Assembly: GCA_043732185.1 (NCBI GenBank)
Contig: JAYTHY010000053.1
Location: 1 to 34,563 of the forward strand
Length of the DNA stretch: 34,563 bases
Source of the DNA: Fibrobacteria bacterium
Lineage (GTDB): Bacteria; Fibrobacterota; Fibrobacteria; UBA11236
Direction of reading: 5' to 3'
Position numbers and translations under genes: made by a program. The notes under the pieces are model-generated. The model was not told where the DNA came from, ran no database searches, and worked only from the letters and a program-made list of their open reading frames with translations. Every line of letters begins with the position of its first letter. Within the stretch, counting starts at the first letter, position 1. Positions 20,301-28,788 of the stretch are shown piece by piece.

Positions 20301-20695
20301 GAAAATTCGTGCGTGACCACATCTTTGAGCCAGTTGTGCGTGCTTCGAATAGGGAAGTCCCAGTCCGATATCCACACGGTCATGGTATTTTGCAGTGAGT
20401 TTGCCCAGCCGTTGGAAAAAATGTCCTCTCGGACGACGAATTCCACCTTGTTGGGAAGCCGGATGTTGTACCGCTTCATCTTTTCTTCGGCCACGCTTTC
20501 GGCGATGCCGGCGATATAACCAGCCACGGGTTCGAGTTCAGCGGGGTAGTTGAATTTGAAATGCTCCGTTTCCACCGTACGCCAGGGAATATGGGCGTCA
20601 TTGCGATTCAAGGTAAAGGCTTCGGCCGGAATGCTGAGGAGAAATACCCCATACAGGAGGGCGGCGAAGAGGAAATGGAAGCGCCGCATCGACAT
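17309..20695 (-). CDS. Outer-membrane protein: HExxH metallopeptidase-like domain, TolB/PD40 beta-propeller and Omp85-type beta-barrel
   Basis: Signal peptide, THEFSH...WFAEGVAQY, PD40 repeats (PRFSPDGK, PEWSPDGK), FLRGYP and AFWETG..W barrel motifs. Start is ATG 20695 or 20689. Confidence 0.8.
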   Translation of the reverse strand: MSMRRFHFLFAALLYGVFLLSIPAEAFTLNRNDAHIPWRTVETEHFKFNYPAELEPVAGYIAGIAESVAEEKMKRYNIRLPNKVEFVVREDIFSNGWANSLQNTMTVWISDWDFPIRSTHNWLKDVVTHEFSHLVSIQSSSKLPSPIQGLVIGYQDYYNEPVQSSFATIIPFTQQPNWFAEGVAQYESEFSGYDAWDSHRDMLLRRAVLDNKLLSYDRMGTFTGTSLQYELGPYTQGFAFVKYLAAKYGDAAVIRLWAENSRLHRQTLSASMERVIGKNGYALWEDWKNSLTAQYADQVKALGHLEMGQKLTSEGFYNYYPRWNAKGDGIFFVSNRGRDDFKGALYVYNLADTTKKKEADRLKIITGSIRSPFDVAKDDSTFLFHSAKNEDKNGIHKLDVYQKNPRRKAKLFTPEWFGFGKDKTEKRYTKNLNAVQASYDHSGKRIVFVRNQLTNFYLCTAPVPDGQGAGNSKPDGADINPDSVKTLFPIDTAMQGKYGFNIYSPRFSPDGKNILFSFYDGTSRNIGMISSDGTGFHAVLDRPYDERDPEWSPDGKSFFFSADSSGIYNLYQYDFATEGLQALTQVSGGAFAPAIDSSGKHLAYVGYDSSGFSLYLLPLLKPVQAPPVALRNLHPENEKVEAIDFEGKSEHYLGIPNRYILNPLLFGEEMSASTRAARTGEAKWLAGFNGVLNDPILKNEISGALLVEVGKGLDYFGANSEILSADKESQFYLALSNHSLPVSLEASFSRGNMTTHDTVKINDKDLTGGVKIETQQYAVTFRDASLAASYNLFDASLADDGAQSSFVRLATGYAWNDFNFFQDNFGFTYYQNLYISTLINLYGSTYSDKELVAPQGLAAALAYTYNQSSILRGGSFYEIFDFSSGFPKPNYRKYTIHDLDMGVTYGMGLPWADNGAIVMSGFVGSILDWTATKGKNSADTLDSFFSKGMFLRGYPFLRDIENLAFQGENTAKVSADLNQPILPDIYKTYWVLFIEDLYANAFWETGRTWNGSLADPRIFDAAYWNPPTQADGWYQSVGWGLKLNARVFHNYPFLAYFEAATALSGIPNGKGGSVPIENIQLKFGRDSQLDTYATRISFGVSFGLYNGLLGNHSEHNPMRPESPFAKKH

Positions 20696-20753
20696 AAGCC
20701 GTAATAGTGTACAAAATACCAAAGGCGAGTTAAATTCGAAACGGAGAAATCAC

Positions 20754-22286
20754 TTGGCCAGCTTCACCGAAAGGTATCACGAACTTACCAAGTACAATCC
20801 CCATACCATTGATAAACTGGGTCCCGTGCATTGGGATAGCCAGCCCCCGGCTTTTAAATCCATCCGTTCCAAGGAAAAAATCGACCTCCTAGCCCATTTG
20901 CAGGTGGTGATTGCCGATCTCGAAGCTTCAAATGGCCCGGGCCAAGGCGGTTTGAATCGGCCACCTGCACAATCTGGTCCTGATCTCGGCTTGGAAAATA
21001 TCGCCCGGCTCCTTTTTTTCACCATGGGCCTCACGGCGCGACTCTCTAGCGAAGGTGGGGAAGGGGGCGGGGATTTGTATCTACGGGCAGCCCCATCCGC
21101 TGGTGGACTGTATCCAACGGAAGTATACGTAGCGGTAAGAAATCAAGCCGGCCTTGCCGATGGACTCTACCATTACCATTCGTTAAAGTCCGCGTTGATT
21201 CCCGTTTGGCAGGGTTCTTTCTGGGGGGACCTCAAACATTATTTTCTGGGTCACCCCGGAGTGGAATCGGCAAACCTCATCCTTATCTTCACTGGACTTT
21301 ACGGTCGTAGCGCTTGGCGCTATAAGGAGCGGGCCTACCGGCGTATCCTGCTCGATACCGGCCATGCGGTTGGGAATTTGCTGGAGGTGTGCCGTCATAG
21401 CGGGCTGGATTATGCATTGCTGGGCGGTTTTCTGGACGCCGGTTTGGAAGAGCTGCTTTTCTTGACTTCCAAAGAGGAATTTCCACTTTTGGGCGTAGCG
21501 ATAGGCCCATCCGGAACCTTACCCTCCAATCACGGCCAATATCCAAGCGATCCGCCCGATGAAGCCGTCCAGAGGCTTTCCGCACAAGCCAAAGCTGCAA
21601 TCCCCTCCGATGTTCGGGATCCCATTCAAGTGCAGCAGAATGCATGCGAACGCATCTTATCCTTAGAGAATCTGCGCTCGCCGATTCCAGACGCCCAGGT
21701 GTCGCATCCTTTTAGTTTTAGCGCTGACCCAAAGCAAGAGTATCACGTCCTTAAAACCATTCTCAACCGGCGCAGTTGCCGCAAGTTCAATGGACAGGCC
21801 ATCTCTCTGGCTAAGGTTCGCGAGGCACTGGCTTATGCTTTTCGATCCGAGGGCAATGCCTGGACCATGGCCCCGGCTCTAGTGGACTATCATGTGGTAA
21901 TTTTGAATCTGGATGGCCTGGAGTCGGGCGTGTATCGCTTTCATCCCGAAACCTTGACCCTGGAACCCCAGCAGATCGGGGATTTCCGTTCCGAAACACT
22001 TTTTCTGTGTCTGGGGCAGGAGTTGGCGGCGGAATGCGCCTATGCGCTTATTTACACCTCTGACCTCGCGGAGTTGGCCAAGACGTACGGGGACCGTGGA
22101 TACCGATACGCCTGTATGGATGCGGGTCAAATCGGCGAACGCATCAACCTGTGGACCATTCAGCAAGGGTTTGGTTCCAGTGGAATCGGCGGCTACTATG
22201 ACGATCAGGGCAATGAATTACTGGGTCTCCCGCTATCCCATGGCATCCTGTACATCACCCTGGTAGGCGTTCCAGACGAAGGTTGA
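20754..22286 (+). CDS. SagB/ThcOx-family dehydrogenase (tandem nitroreductase domains)
   Basis: GGAG SD plus TTG, YHELTKY, LRAAPSAGGLYPTEVY and WRYKERAYRRILLDTGH; second domain RRSCRKF...YGDRGYRYACMDAG. Confidence 0.88.
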   Translation: MASFTERYHELTKYNPHTIDKLGPVHWDSQPPAFKSIRSKEKIDLLAHLQVVIADLEASNGPGQGGLNRPPAQSGPDLGLENIARLLFFTMGLTARLSSEGGEGGGDLYLRAAPSAGGLYPTEVYVAVRNQAGLADGLYHYHSLKSALIPVWQGSFWGDLKHYFLGHPGVESANLILIFTGLYGRSAWRYKERAYRRILLDTGHAVGNLLEVCRHSGLDYALLGGFLDAGLEELLFLTSKEEFPLLGVAIGPSGTLPSNHGQYPSDPPDEAVQRLSAQAKAAIPSDVRDPIQVQQNACERILSLENLRSPIPDAQVSHPFSFSADPKQEYHVLKTILNRRSCRKFNGQAISLAKVREALAYAFRSEGNAWTMAPALVDYHVVILNLDGLESGVYRFHPETLTLEPQQIGDFRSETLFLCLGQELAAECAYALIYTSDLAELAKTYGDRGYRYACMDAGQIGERINLWTIQQGFGSSGIGGYYDDQGNELLGLPLSHGILYITLVGVPDEG

Positions 22287-22303
22287 GCGAGCGTCCTCCT
22301 ACA

Positions 22304-22312
22304 TGTTACATT
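22304..22312 (+). promoter_or_regulatory. Putative extended -10 (TGtTACATT) for cysS
   Basis: TGnTAnnnT with TTGAGC at 22283-22288 (18-nt spacer). Confidence 0.4.
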
Positions 22313-22352
22313 TAGCGGCTGCCAAGCACGTGTTAACGAAGGTCCCCAATAC

Positions 22353-23786
22353 ATGACTCCGGAACTGTCCCTATACAACACCGCCGTTCGCAAGCAAGAA
22401 ATTTTCAAGCCGCTCCACCCAGGAGTCGCCAATGTCTATTGCTGCGGTCCGACGGTTTACAATTATGCCCATATCGGAAATCTGCGCACCTATGTTTTCG
22501 AAGACCTGCTGCGCCGGACCTTGGACTACCTGGAGTATAAAGTCAACCATATCGTGAACATCACCGATGTCGGCCATTTGACCTCCGATGCCGATACCGG
22601 CGAGGACAAGATGGAAAAAGGCGCAGCCCGCGAAGGCAAAACCGTCTGGGACATCGCCGAGTTCTATACCCAGGCTTTTTTCAAAGACTGGAAACGCCTC
22701 AACCTCATCGCCCCCACTCATTGGGCAAAAGCCACCGATCATATCCCCGAACAAATCGCGTTGGTCAAAACATTGGAAGACAAAGGCCTGGCCTATGTGA
22801 TTCCCGAAGACGGGGTGTATTTCGACAGCGTCAAGTTTCCGCGCTATCCTGATTTTGCCGGGCTGGATGTGGCCGGTATGCAAGCCGGGTCCCGGGTCGG
22901 TGTTGTAGAAGGGAAGCACAGTGCGACGGATTTTGCGCTGTGGAAATTTTCACCCAAGGATTCTAAGCGGGCGATGGAATGGGATTCTCCCTGGGGCCGC
23001 GGCTTTCCGGGCTGGCATGTGGAATGCTCGGCCATGGCCATGAAGCATTTAGGGCCCACCCTCGATATCCATTGCGGCGGTACCGATCATATTCGCGTGC
23101 ATCACACCAATGAAATTGCCCAGAGCGAGGGTGCCACGGGTGTTACCTTTGCCAATTTTTGGTTGCATGGCGGCTGGCTGCTCGAAGCCCCGGACGAAAA
23201 GGGCGGCGGAGGAAAGATGTCCAAGTCTTCCGGTGAGTTCGTCACCTTGGACTACCTCTTGGGCAAAGGCTACGACGCCATGGACTATCGTTACTACTGC
23301 TTAACCGCCCATTATCGGTCGTATCTCAATTTCAGTTGGGAAGGTCTGGACTCGTCGCAAGGATCCCTCCGAAACTTAAGACGTAAAACCGATCCTTTAG
23401 TGGGCCGGGCAACCCGCATCGCATCGGAATCGGCCTTGAGCTGGCAGAATAAATTTCGCATCGCCGTGTACGATGACTTGGGCTTTCCGCAAGCCTTGGC
23501 GGTATTAAACCAGATGCTAAAGGATAAGGATTTGCTCGAAGGTGAAAAGGCCGCCCTCATCCGCGACTTCGACAAATTGCTTGGACTTGGTTTAAGTGAA
23601 AAGCCCCCGGAACCGGAAGCCCAAGCCATTCCGGCAGACGTGACGACGCTTCTTGAAGAGCGTAAGCAGGCTCGGAAGAATAAAGACTTCCGTCGCAGCG
23701 ATGAAATTCGCGATCTCCTGAAAGCCCGTGGTTTTGCCATCAAGGACAATCCCGATGGAATATCACAAGCCCTTCCTATTGGATAA
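22353..23786 (+). CDS. cysS: Cysteine--tRNA ligase
   Basis: CGPTVYNYAHIGN, NITDVGH, DFALWK, GFPGWHVECSAM, DIHCGG.DH..HHTNEIAQ and KMSKS. Confidence 0.98.
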   Translation: MTPELSLYNTAVRKQEIFKPLHPGVANVYCCGPTVYNYAHIGNLRTYVFEDLLRRTLDYLEYKVNHIVNITDVGHLTSDADTGEDKMEKGAAREGKTVWDIAEFYTQAFFKDWKRLNLIAPTHWAKATDHIPEQIALVKTLEDKGLAYVIPEDGVYFDSVKFPRYPDFAGLDVAGMQAGSRVGVVEGKHSATDFALWKFSPKDSKRAMEWDSPWGRGFPGWHVECSAMAMKHLGPTLDIHCGGTDHIRVHHTNEIAQSEGATGVTFANFWLHGGWLLEAPDEKGGGGKMSKSSGEFVTLDYLLGKGYDAMDYRYYCLTAHYRSYLNFSWEGLDSSQGSLRNLRRKTDPLVGRATRIASESALSWQNKFRIAVYDDLGFPQALAVLNQMLKDKDLLEGEKAALIRDFDKLLGLGLSEKPPEPEAQAIPADVTTLLEERKQARKNKDFRRSDEIRDLLKARGFAIKDNPDGISQALPIG

Positions 23787-23908
23787 GCTGCCCGGTTGGA
23801 TATGATGTTACCCTTCGGTAACTCACTGCAAGTTCCAGCATCTTTGGTTGGCGCGGCGGACCATTCCCAAAGGACTAGCGATTTTTCTATTTATGGGACA
23901 GAGATAAT

Positions 23909-23917
23909 TGATATAAT
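23909..23917 (+). promoter_or_regulatory. Consensus extended -10 TGaTATAAT upstream of clpP
   Basis: Perfect TGnTATAAT about 60 nt upstream of the start codon. Confidence 0.6.
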
Positions 23918-23975
23918 CCGAATCCGGAGTCATCCGGAAGAGGTCCTCACCATCAACTCAAGTCACGGCGGAAAC

Positions 23976-24569
23976 ATGATCAGGATGGACGATAAAGACA
24001 AAGAAAAGAAAGACAAGGACGAAGGCGGTCTTGCCAAGGAGATCATGGAGTCTTTTATCAAGGCTCGCAAAATTTTCCTCTGGTCTCAGGTAGACGATAC
24101 TACCGCCGAAAAGCTGGTCAAACAGCTCATGTTCTTGGACACGCAGAATCACGAAGACATCATCTTTTACATCAATAGTCCAGGCGGGGTCATATCCTCT
24201 GGACTTGCGATTTATGATGCCATGCAAGCGGTCAAATCCGATGTAGTCACCGTAGTGAGCGGCCAAGCCGCCAGCATGGGCGCGGTGCTTTTAGCCGGCG
24301 GTGCCAAGGGCAAGCGCTATGCGTGGAAAAATTCTCGTGTCATGATCCATCAGCCTTTGATCTCCGGACATATGTTTGGGCCGGCCTCGGACATCCAGAT
24401 TCAGGCAGAAGAAATGCTCCGCATCCGCGCCTCCTTAAATGGCATCATTGCACTCCATTCAGGGAAAACGTCAGCCCAGATTGAACTCGATACTGAGCGG
24501 GACAATTTCATGACCGCGGATGAAGCCAAGGCCTATGGCCTAATCGACATTATTGAGAACCGTTTGTGA
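23976..24569 (+). CDS. clpP: ATP-dependent Clp protease proteolytic subunit
   Basis: YINSPGG, QAASMG (Ser), MIHQP (His) and DTERDNFM (Asp). Start is ATG 23976 or 23985. Confidence 0.95.
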   Translation: MIRMDDKDKEKKDKDEGGLAKEIMESFIKARKIFLWSQVDDTTAEKLVKQLMFLDTQNHEDIIFYINSPGGVISSGLAIYDAMQAVKSDVVTVVSGQAASMGAVLLAGGAKGKRYAWKNSRVMIHQPLISGHMFGPASDIQIQAEEMLRIRASLNGIIALHSGKTSAQIELDTERDNFMTADEAKAYGLIDIIENRL

Positions 24570-24608
24570 GGTATGGGGGGCGGCCCCCTTCCATCGGGCT
24601 GAAAACCA

Positions 24609-24617
24609 TGCTAAAAT
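24609..24617 (+). promoter_or_regulatory. Putative extended -10 (TGcTAAAAT) for the HDOD-HDOD-ftsY unit
   Basis: TGnTAnnnT 30 nt upstream of ATG 24648. Confidence 0.45.
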
Positions 24618-24647
24618 GGACCAAGCACCTCAAAAAAGATCAAATGC

Positions 24648-25526
24648 ATGAGTGAAGACCCGAAAAAACGTTACCTGCGAATCATCCAAGATCTTGGACA
24701 GATTCCCACCATGCCCACCATTGCCGCCAAGGTGATGCAAATCGTCAACGACCCCCATTCCTCTGCCGAGGACGTTGCCAAATTCATCTCCCGCGATGTG
24801 GCCCTGACTTCCAAGGTGCTGCGTTTGGCAAATTCCGCTTTCTATGGAATTCCCAGGACCATTTCTTCCGTCAATTCCGCCATCGTCATCTTGGGATTCA
24901 ATACTATTCGGAGTCTCGTCCTGTCCGCTTCCGTGCTTAAGGTTTTCCCTTCCAAACCCGGCCTCGTCAGTTTTGATCGCAAAGCCTTTTGGAAGCATTC
25001 CTTCATGGTAGGCATTGCCTCGCGCATGCTCGCACAGGTGTACCGAAAGAAAAAACTCGTGGACTTGGAGACGGCCTTTAGCGCCGGATTGCTGCACGAT
25101 ATCGGCAAGATCATTCTGGAACAATACGCCAATGACGATTATATCCCCGTACTTAAAGCCGCCAAGGAAAAAGGTCTACCACTGTTTATGGTAGAAAAGT
25201 CCCTGCTTGGAATGAGCCATGCCGATGTGAGCGGAATGCTGATCGACAAATGGCAAATGCCCAATGAATTGCGCATGCCCATCATCATGCACCATTCTCC
25301 CATGGACGACAAAGATGCACAGGATATGGCTTGCCTGGTTCATTATGCCAACCATCTCTGCCATTTGCAAGGCAGCGGGTGTATGGAGAACGAAACCTTC
25401 GCGCCTTTTTTAAAGCCGGCGGAAGAGTTCTTGGCTCTCGGCATCAGTCAAGAGGACTTGCTTTTGGAATTGGAAAAACATGTTCAAGAGGCCGAACCGT
25501 TTTTCTCTCTGATAGAGGCCAACTAA
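24648..25526 (+). CDS. Stand-alone HDOD domain protein 1
   Basis: IPTMP, DVALTSKVLRLANSAFYG, AIVILG, FWKHS, AGLLHDIGK and W.MP..MHH. Confidence 0.92.
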   Translation: MSEDPKKRYLRIIQDLGQIPTMPTIAAKVMQIVNDPHSSAEDVAKFISRDVALTSKVLRLANSAFYGIPRTISSVNSAIVILGFNTIRSLVLSASVLKVFPSKPGLVSFDRKAFWKHSFMVGIASRMLAQVYRKKKLVDLETAFSAGLLHDIGKIILEQYANDDYIPVLKAAKEKGLPLFMVEKSLLGMSHADVSGMLIDKWQMPNELRMPIIMHHSPMDDKDAQDMACLVHYANHLCHLQGSGCMENETFAPFLKPAEEFLALGISQEDLLLELEKHVQEAEPFFSLIEAN

Positions 25527-25545
25527 GGTCGTCCTAATCCTTCCG

Positions 25546-26397
25546 ATGGCAGAGACCGATTTCGGAAACCCAGAAGCCTTTTTCAATCGCCATGGCGCGA
25601 CCCTAAAAAATCCAGTCCTTATCCGGGAAACCCTAACGGTGTTACGGGATCCAGCTTGCTCGGCTTCGGACCTCGTCAAGATCCTGGAAAAGGATCCGGG
25701 CATTTCTTCCAAGGTCTTGAAGTCCGCCAATTCCGTGTTCTTCGGAACGCCTAAATCCATCACTTCGCTTAAGGCCGCAATCGTGCGCCTTGGAAACCAT
25801 AACATCTCCCGAATCGCGCTGGCCTCATCTTTGGGCGCTTCGGGATCGCTTCAGTGGGCAACGTTTTGGCGGCATTCGATTGGCGTGGCGATTTTATCCC
25901 GGCATATCGCAAAGTTTTCCGGAAACTACACCGATCAGGAACAGGAAGAATTTTTCAGCATGGGGCTGCTCCACGACCTCGGAGTCTTGATCGAAATGGG
26001 ATCGGGCGCATTCTCCGAGGTGGAAAAAGTTTTACTGAGCGGACCGATAACGATTTCCGAGGCGGAAATCCAAGTGTTCGGTTTCGATCATTGCCAACTC
26101 GGCAAGGTGGTTGCCGAGTTGTGGAATTTCCCAAATGATCTTGTCCATGCCATCGCCTACCATCACCAGCCGGAGGCCAGCAAAGATTTTTATCGAAAGG
26201 TCACGGTCGTGCACCTAGCCAATCTCGTGTGTCATGGCTTTCAACTGGCAAACATGCCAGGAGAGGCACCGCCACCTACTCAGGAATCGTACTTGCAGGA
26301 TTTGAGCTTGCCCGTGGAGCAATTGGTCCTTTTTGGCGATTGGCTACTCCAGCAACAGACGGAAATCCATGCCTTCGGCGATATGATGGGTTCTTAG
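25546..26397 (+). CDS. Stand-alone HDOD domain protein 2
   Basis: DPGISSKVLKSANSVFFG, AIVRLG, FWRHS, GLLHDLG and FGFDH..LG..WNFP..AIAYHH. Confidence 0.92.
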   Translation: MAETDFGNPEAFFNRHGATLKNPVLIRETLTVLRDPACSASDLVKILEKDPGISSKVLKSANSVFFGTPKSITSLKAAIVRLGNHNISRIALASSLGASGSLQWATFWRHSIGVAILSRHIAKFSGNYTDQEQEEFFSMGLLHDLGVLIEMGSGAFSEVEKVLLSGPITISEAEIQVFGFDHCQLGKVVAELWNFPNDLVHAIAYHHQPEASKDFYRKVTVVHLANLVCHGFQLANMPGEAPPPTQESYLQDLSLPVEQLVLFGDWLLQQQTEIHAFGDMMGS

Positions 26398-26425
26398 TAA
26401 TATTCCAGTCGAGGAAAATTACACA

Positions 26426-27409
26426 ATGGGACTTTTTGGAAAAATTGCCCGCAGTCTGACTAAGACGCGGCAAAACATGGTTAAAGAGCTGCAAGGCGTC
26501 TTTGGGAAAGGCAAGCTTACTGAAGCCATCATCGAGAACATCGAGGAAAAACTTCTGGCTTGCGATATCGGTATGGACGTGGCCTCGCTTATCATGGCTG
26601 AGGTGCGTCAAAAAGCCAAGGGTGAGGAAATTGATAGCAAGCAATTGCTGGAATGGATGGCTGAAGCTACGCTTAATTTGTTGCCCAAAACTCCGGTATG
26701 GCATAGCAAGGGCAAGCCCCATGTCATCTTGATGATCGGCGTAAACGGCGCAGGTAAAACCACTACAATCGGCAAGCTGGCCCACTATTACAAGGCACAG
26801 GGCAAACAAGTTCTGCTTGCCGCCGGGGATACTTTTCGCGCGGGAGCCATTCAGCAATTGGAAAAGTGGGCGCAACGTGTAGGCGTGGATGTGATCAAAC
26901 ATCAGGAAGGGGCGGATGCCGCCTCAGTTGCTTTTGATGCGTATGCTTCGGCCAAGGCCCGGGGTTTGGATGTGCTCATTATTGATACAGCGGGCAGGCT
27001 GCAAAACAAAACCCATCTGATGGAAGAGCTTCGGAAAATGGTACGCGTGCTACGCAAACACGATCCGGCCCTTCCCCATGAATGCCTTTTGGTCATCGAT
27101 GGCAATACTGGACAGAATGCCATTCAACAGGGCCAGGGCTTCAATGCCATCGTCACTCTAGATGGTCTCGTGGTAACCAAATTGGATGGCACGGCCAAGG
27201 GTGGCTCCATCATCCCCATTTGCCGGGAATTCGGTATTCCTGTGGCTTGGGTTGGCGTGGGTGAGGATTTGGAGGATCTCATTCCTTTTTCTCGTGAGGA
27301 ATATGTGCGGGGTCTTTTTCTCAAAGAAGGGGAAGAAGCCGATTTGGTGCCTGACGCCACGGCTTTGCCGAAAGGAACGACCGCGTCCGATTATTATTTG
27401 GGAGTTTGA
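26426..27409 (+). CDS. ftsY: Signal recognition particle receptor FtsY
   Basis: GVNGAGKTTT, DTFRAGA, DTAGRL, TKLDGTAKGG and GVGE..EDL. Confidence 0.97.
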   Translation: MGLFGKIARSLTKTRQNMVKELQGVFGKGKLTEAIIENIEEKLLACDIGMDVASLIMAEVRQKAKGEEIDSKQLLEWMAEATLNLLPKTPVWHSKGKPHVILMIGVNGAGKTTTIGKLAHYYKAQGKQVLLAAGDTFRAGAIQQLEKWAQRVGVDVIKHQEGADAASVAFDAYASAKARGLDVLIIDTAGRLQNKTHLMEELRKMVRVLRKHDPALPHECLLVIDGNTGQNAIQQGQGFNAIVTLDGLVVTKLDGTAKGGSIIPICREFGIPVAWVGVGEDLEDLIPFSREEYVRGLFLKEGEEADLVPDATALPKGTTASDYYLGV

Positions 27410-27533
27410 GAGACTAAATCGCGATTTAACCGTTTTCAACCTTTTCAGCGGTAAAATCCTAGGCATGATTGAATGCCCCCACTTGTCTCCGCCTAGATGC
27501 GCTTTGTACCTTAACAATTCAGGGGATATCGCG

Positions 27534-27953
27534 TTGACAGGTTTAGGCTTCGGCAGTATTATCAGATTACGGACCAATTGGCTGCCCGCGCTGATGCTAT
27601 TGGCTTTGACAGGTTGCCGGCAGCACGAGAACTCGCCAGACGCCAAGTTTGTAGGTTTATATGTGGAGCTCAAGCTGGCGACGGTGGGTTTTGCCAATGA
27701 TTTGGATCGGGCGAATGAAGTAAGGAGGGTTATTTTGGCACAGCATCAAGAAACACCCGCCGGTTTTCATACCCAATATGTCCGGTTGATGGCGCAGCCC
27801 GAGGCGTGGAGGACGTTCCAGGAAAATGTCATTGCCCAAGTGGAAATCTTTCAGAATAGTCATAAAAGGATTCAGAAGGATTCCATACCGCAGACTGGTA
27901 TTACCGATTCTGTTAAGTTGAAAAAAGTCAATAAAGCCGCAAAAGGCAAATAG
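27534..27953 (+). CDS. Lipoprotein, possibly DUF4296-like
   Basis: AGGGGA SD plus TTG 27534, lipobox LALTG-C and a helical domain. An alternative in-frame ATG at 27465 lies 7 nt after TAAAAT. Confidence 0.65.
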   Translation: MTGLGFGSIIRLRTNWLPALMLLALTGCRQHENSPDAKFVGLYVELKLATVGFANDLDRANEVRRVILAQHQETPAGFHTQYVRLMAQPEAWRTFQENVIAQVEIFQNSHKRIQKDSIPQTGITDSVKLKKVNKAAKGK

Positions 27954-27962
27954 GAGAATAGA

Positions 27963-28295
27963 ATGGCATCTGAATTTGTAGTTGAACTGACCAGTGAAAA
28001 TTTTGAAAAGGAAGTGGCCACGTATGCGGGAACGGTCCTGGTGGATTTCTGGGCGCCATGGTGTGGTCCTTGCCGCATGGTGGGACCTGTAGTTGAGGAA
28101 ATTGCTAAGGAGTACCAAGGCAAGGCTAAGGTGGGCAAGCTCAATACCGACGAGGCTTCGGATATCGCCAGCAAGTTTGGAATTCGCAGCATCCCAACGT
28201 TGCTTTTCTTCAAAAACGGAGCGGTGGTCCAACAGTTGGTTGGTGCGTATCCCAAAAATAAAATCAGCGAAAAGCTGGAAAGTGCCCTGGCATAA
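27963..28295 (+). CDS. trxA: Thioredoxin
   Basis: VDFWAPWCGPC and IRSIPTL, with an AGGAG SD. Confidence 0.97.
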   Translation: MASEFVVELTSENFEKEVATYAGTVLVDFWAPWCGPCRMVGPVVEEIAKEYQGKAKVGKLNTDEASDIASKFGIRSIPTLLFFKNGAVVQQLVGAYPKNKISEKLESALA

Positions 28296-28296
28296 T

Positions 28297-28788
28297 ATGA
28301 AGGGTTTGGGGCGAAGTCTCTCTTTACTTTCCGTACTTCTCCTTTGCGGATCCCAGGTTTTCGCGGAAGGCGTCAACTGGAAAACCTTTGAAAAGGGTTT
28401 GAAGGATGCGGCTGTAAGCAAGAAATATGGTTTCGTCGATGTCTACACGGACTGGTGCGGCTATTGCAAGCTGCTCGAATCCCAAACATTGAAAGCCCCG
28501 AAAGTGATGGAGGAGCTCCAAAAGAATTTTGTGAGCATAAAACTCAATGCTGAAAGTGAAGAGGTGGTCACTTACAAGGGAAAAAAAATCACTTTGCGTG
28601 AACTTTCTGCTCAGTGGGGTGTGGAAGGGTTTCCTACCATGCTTTTTCTCAACTCCAAGGGGGAGATCATCGGAAGCTTCGCTTCCTTCGCAGAGGCTGA
28701 TTTGATGGTCAACCTACTCCGGTATATTTCGTCAGGAGCGCGGGAGAAGAAGATTTCCTTCGAGAATTTTTTGAAAGAACCTTCTTGA
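28297..28788 (+). CDS. Exported thioredoxin-fold protein (WCGYC)
   Basis: Signal peptide MKGLGRSLSLLSVLLLC...FA, YTDWCGYC and VEGFPT (cis-Pro loop). Confidence 0.85.
   Translation: MKGLGRSLSLLSVLLLCGSQVFAEGVNWKTFEKGLKDAAVSKKYGFVDVYTDWCGYCKLLESQTLKAPKVMEELQKNFVSIKLNAESEEVVTYKGKKITLRELSAQWGVEGFPTMLFLNSKGEIIGSFASFAEADLMVNLLRYISSGAREKKISFENFLKEPS

Noticed and set aside
20550..20753. Long N-terminal extensions in the ORF track (SagB from 20550; likewise 10477, 17391, 23796, 27186, 28093, 29881, 32205)
   Set aside because: They overlap neighbouring genes or promoters. Downstream starts with SD or promoter support fit the family N-termini better.
15207..22286. RiPP cluster (SagB oxidase, WWYKD peptide as precursor, peptidase/exporter)
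   Set aside because: No YcaO or RRE, the peptide has a TM anchor and no Cys-rich core, and the genes are not in one operon.
24573..24594. GGGGG-CGG-CCCCC hairpin after clpP as a rho-independent terminator
   Set aside because: Short stem followed by only two Ts, so it is not supportable.
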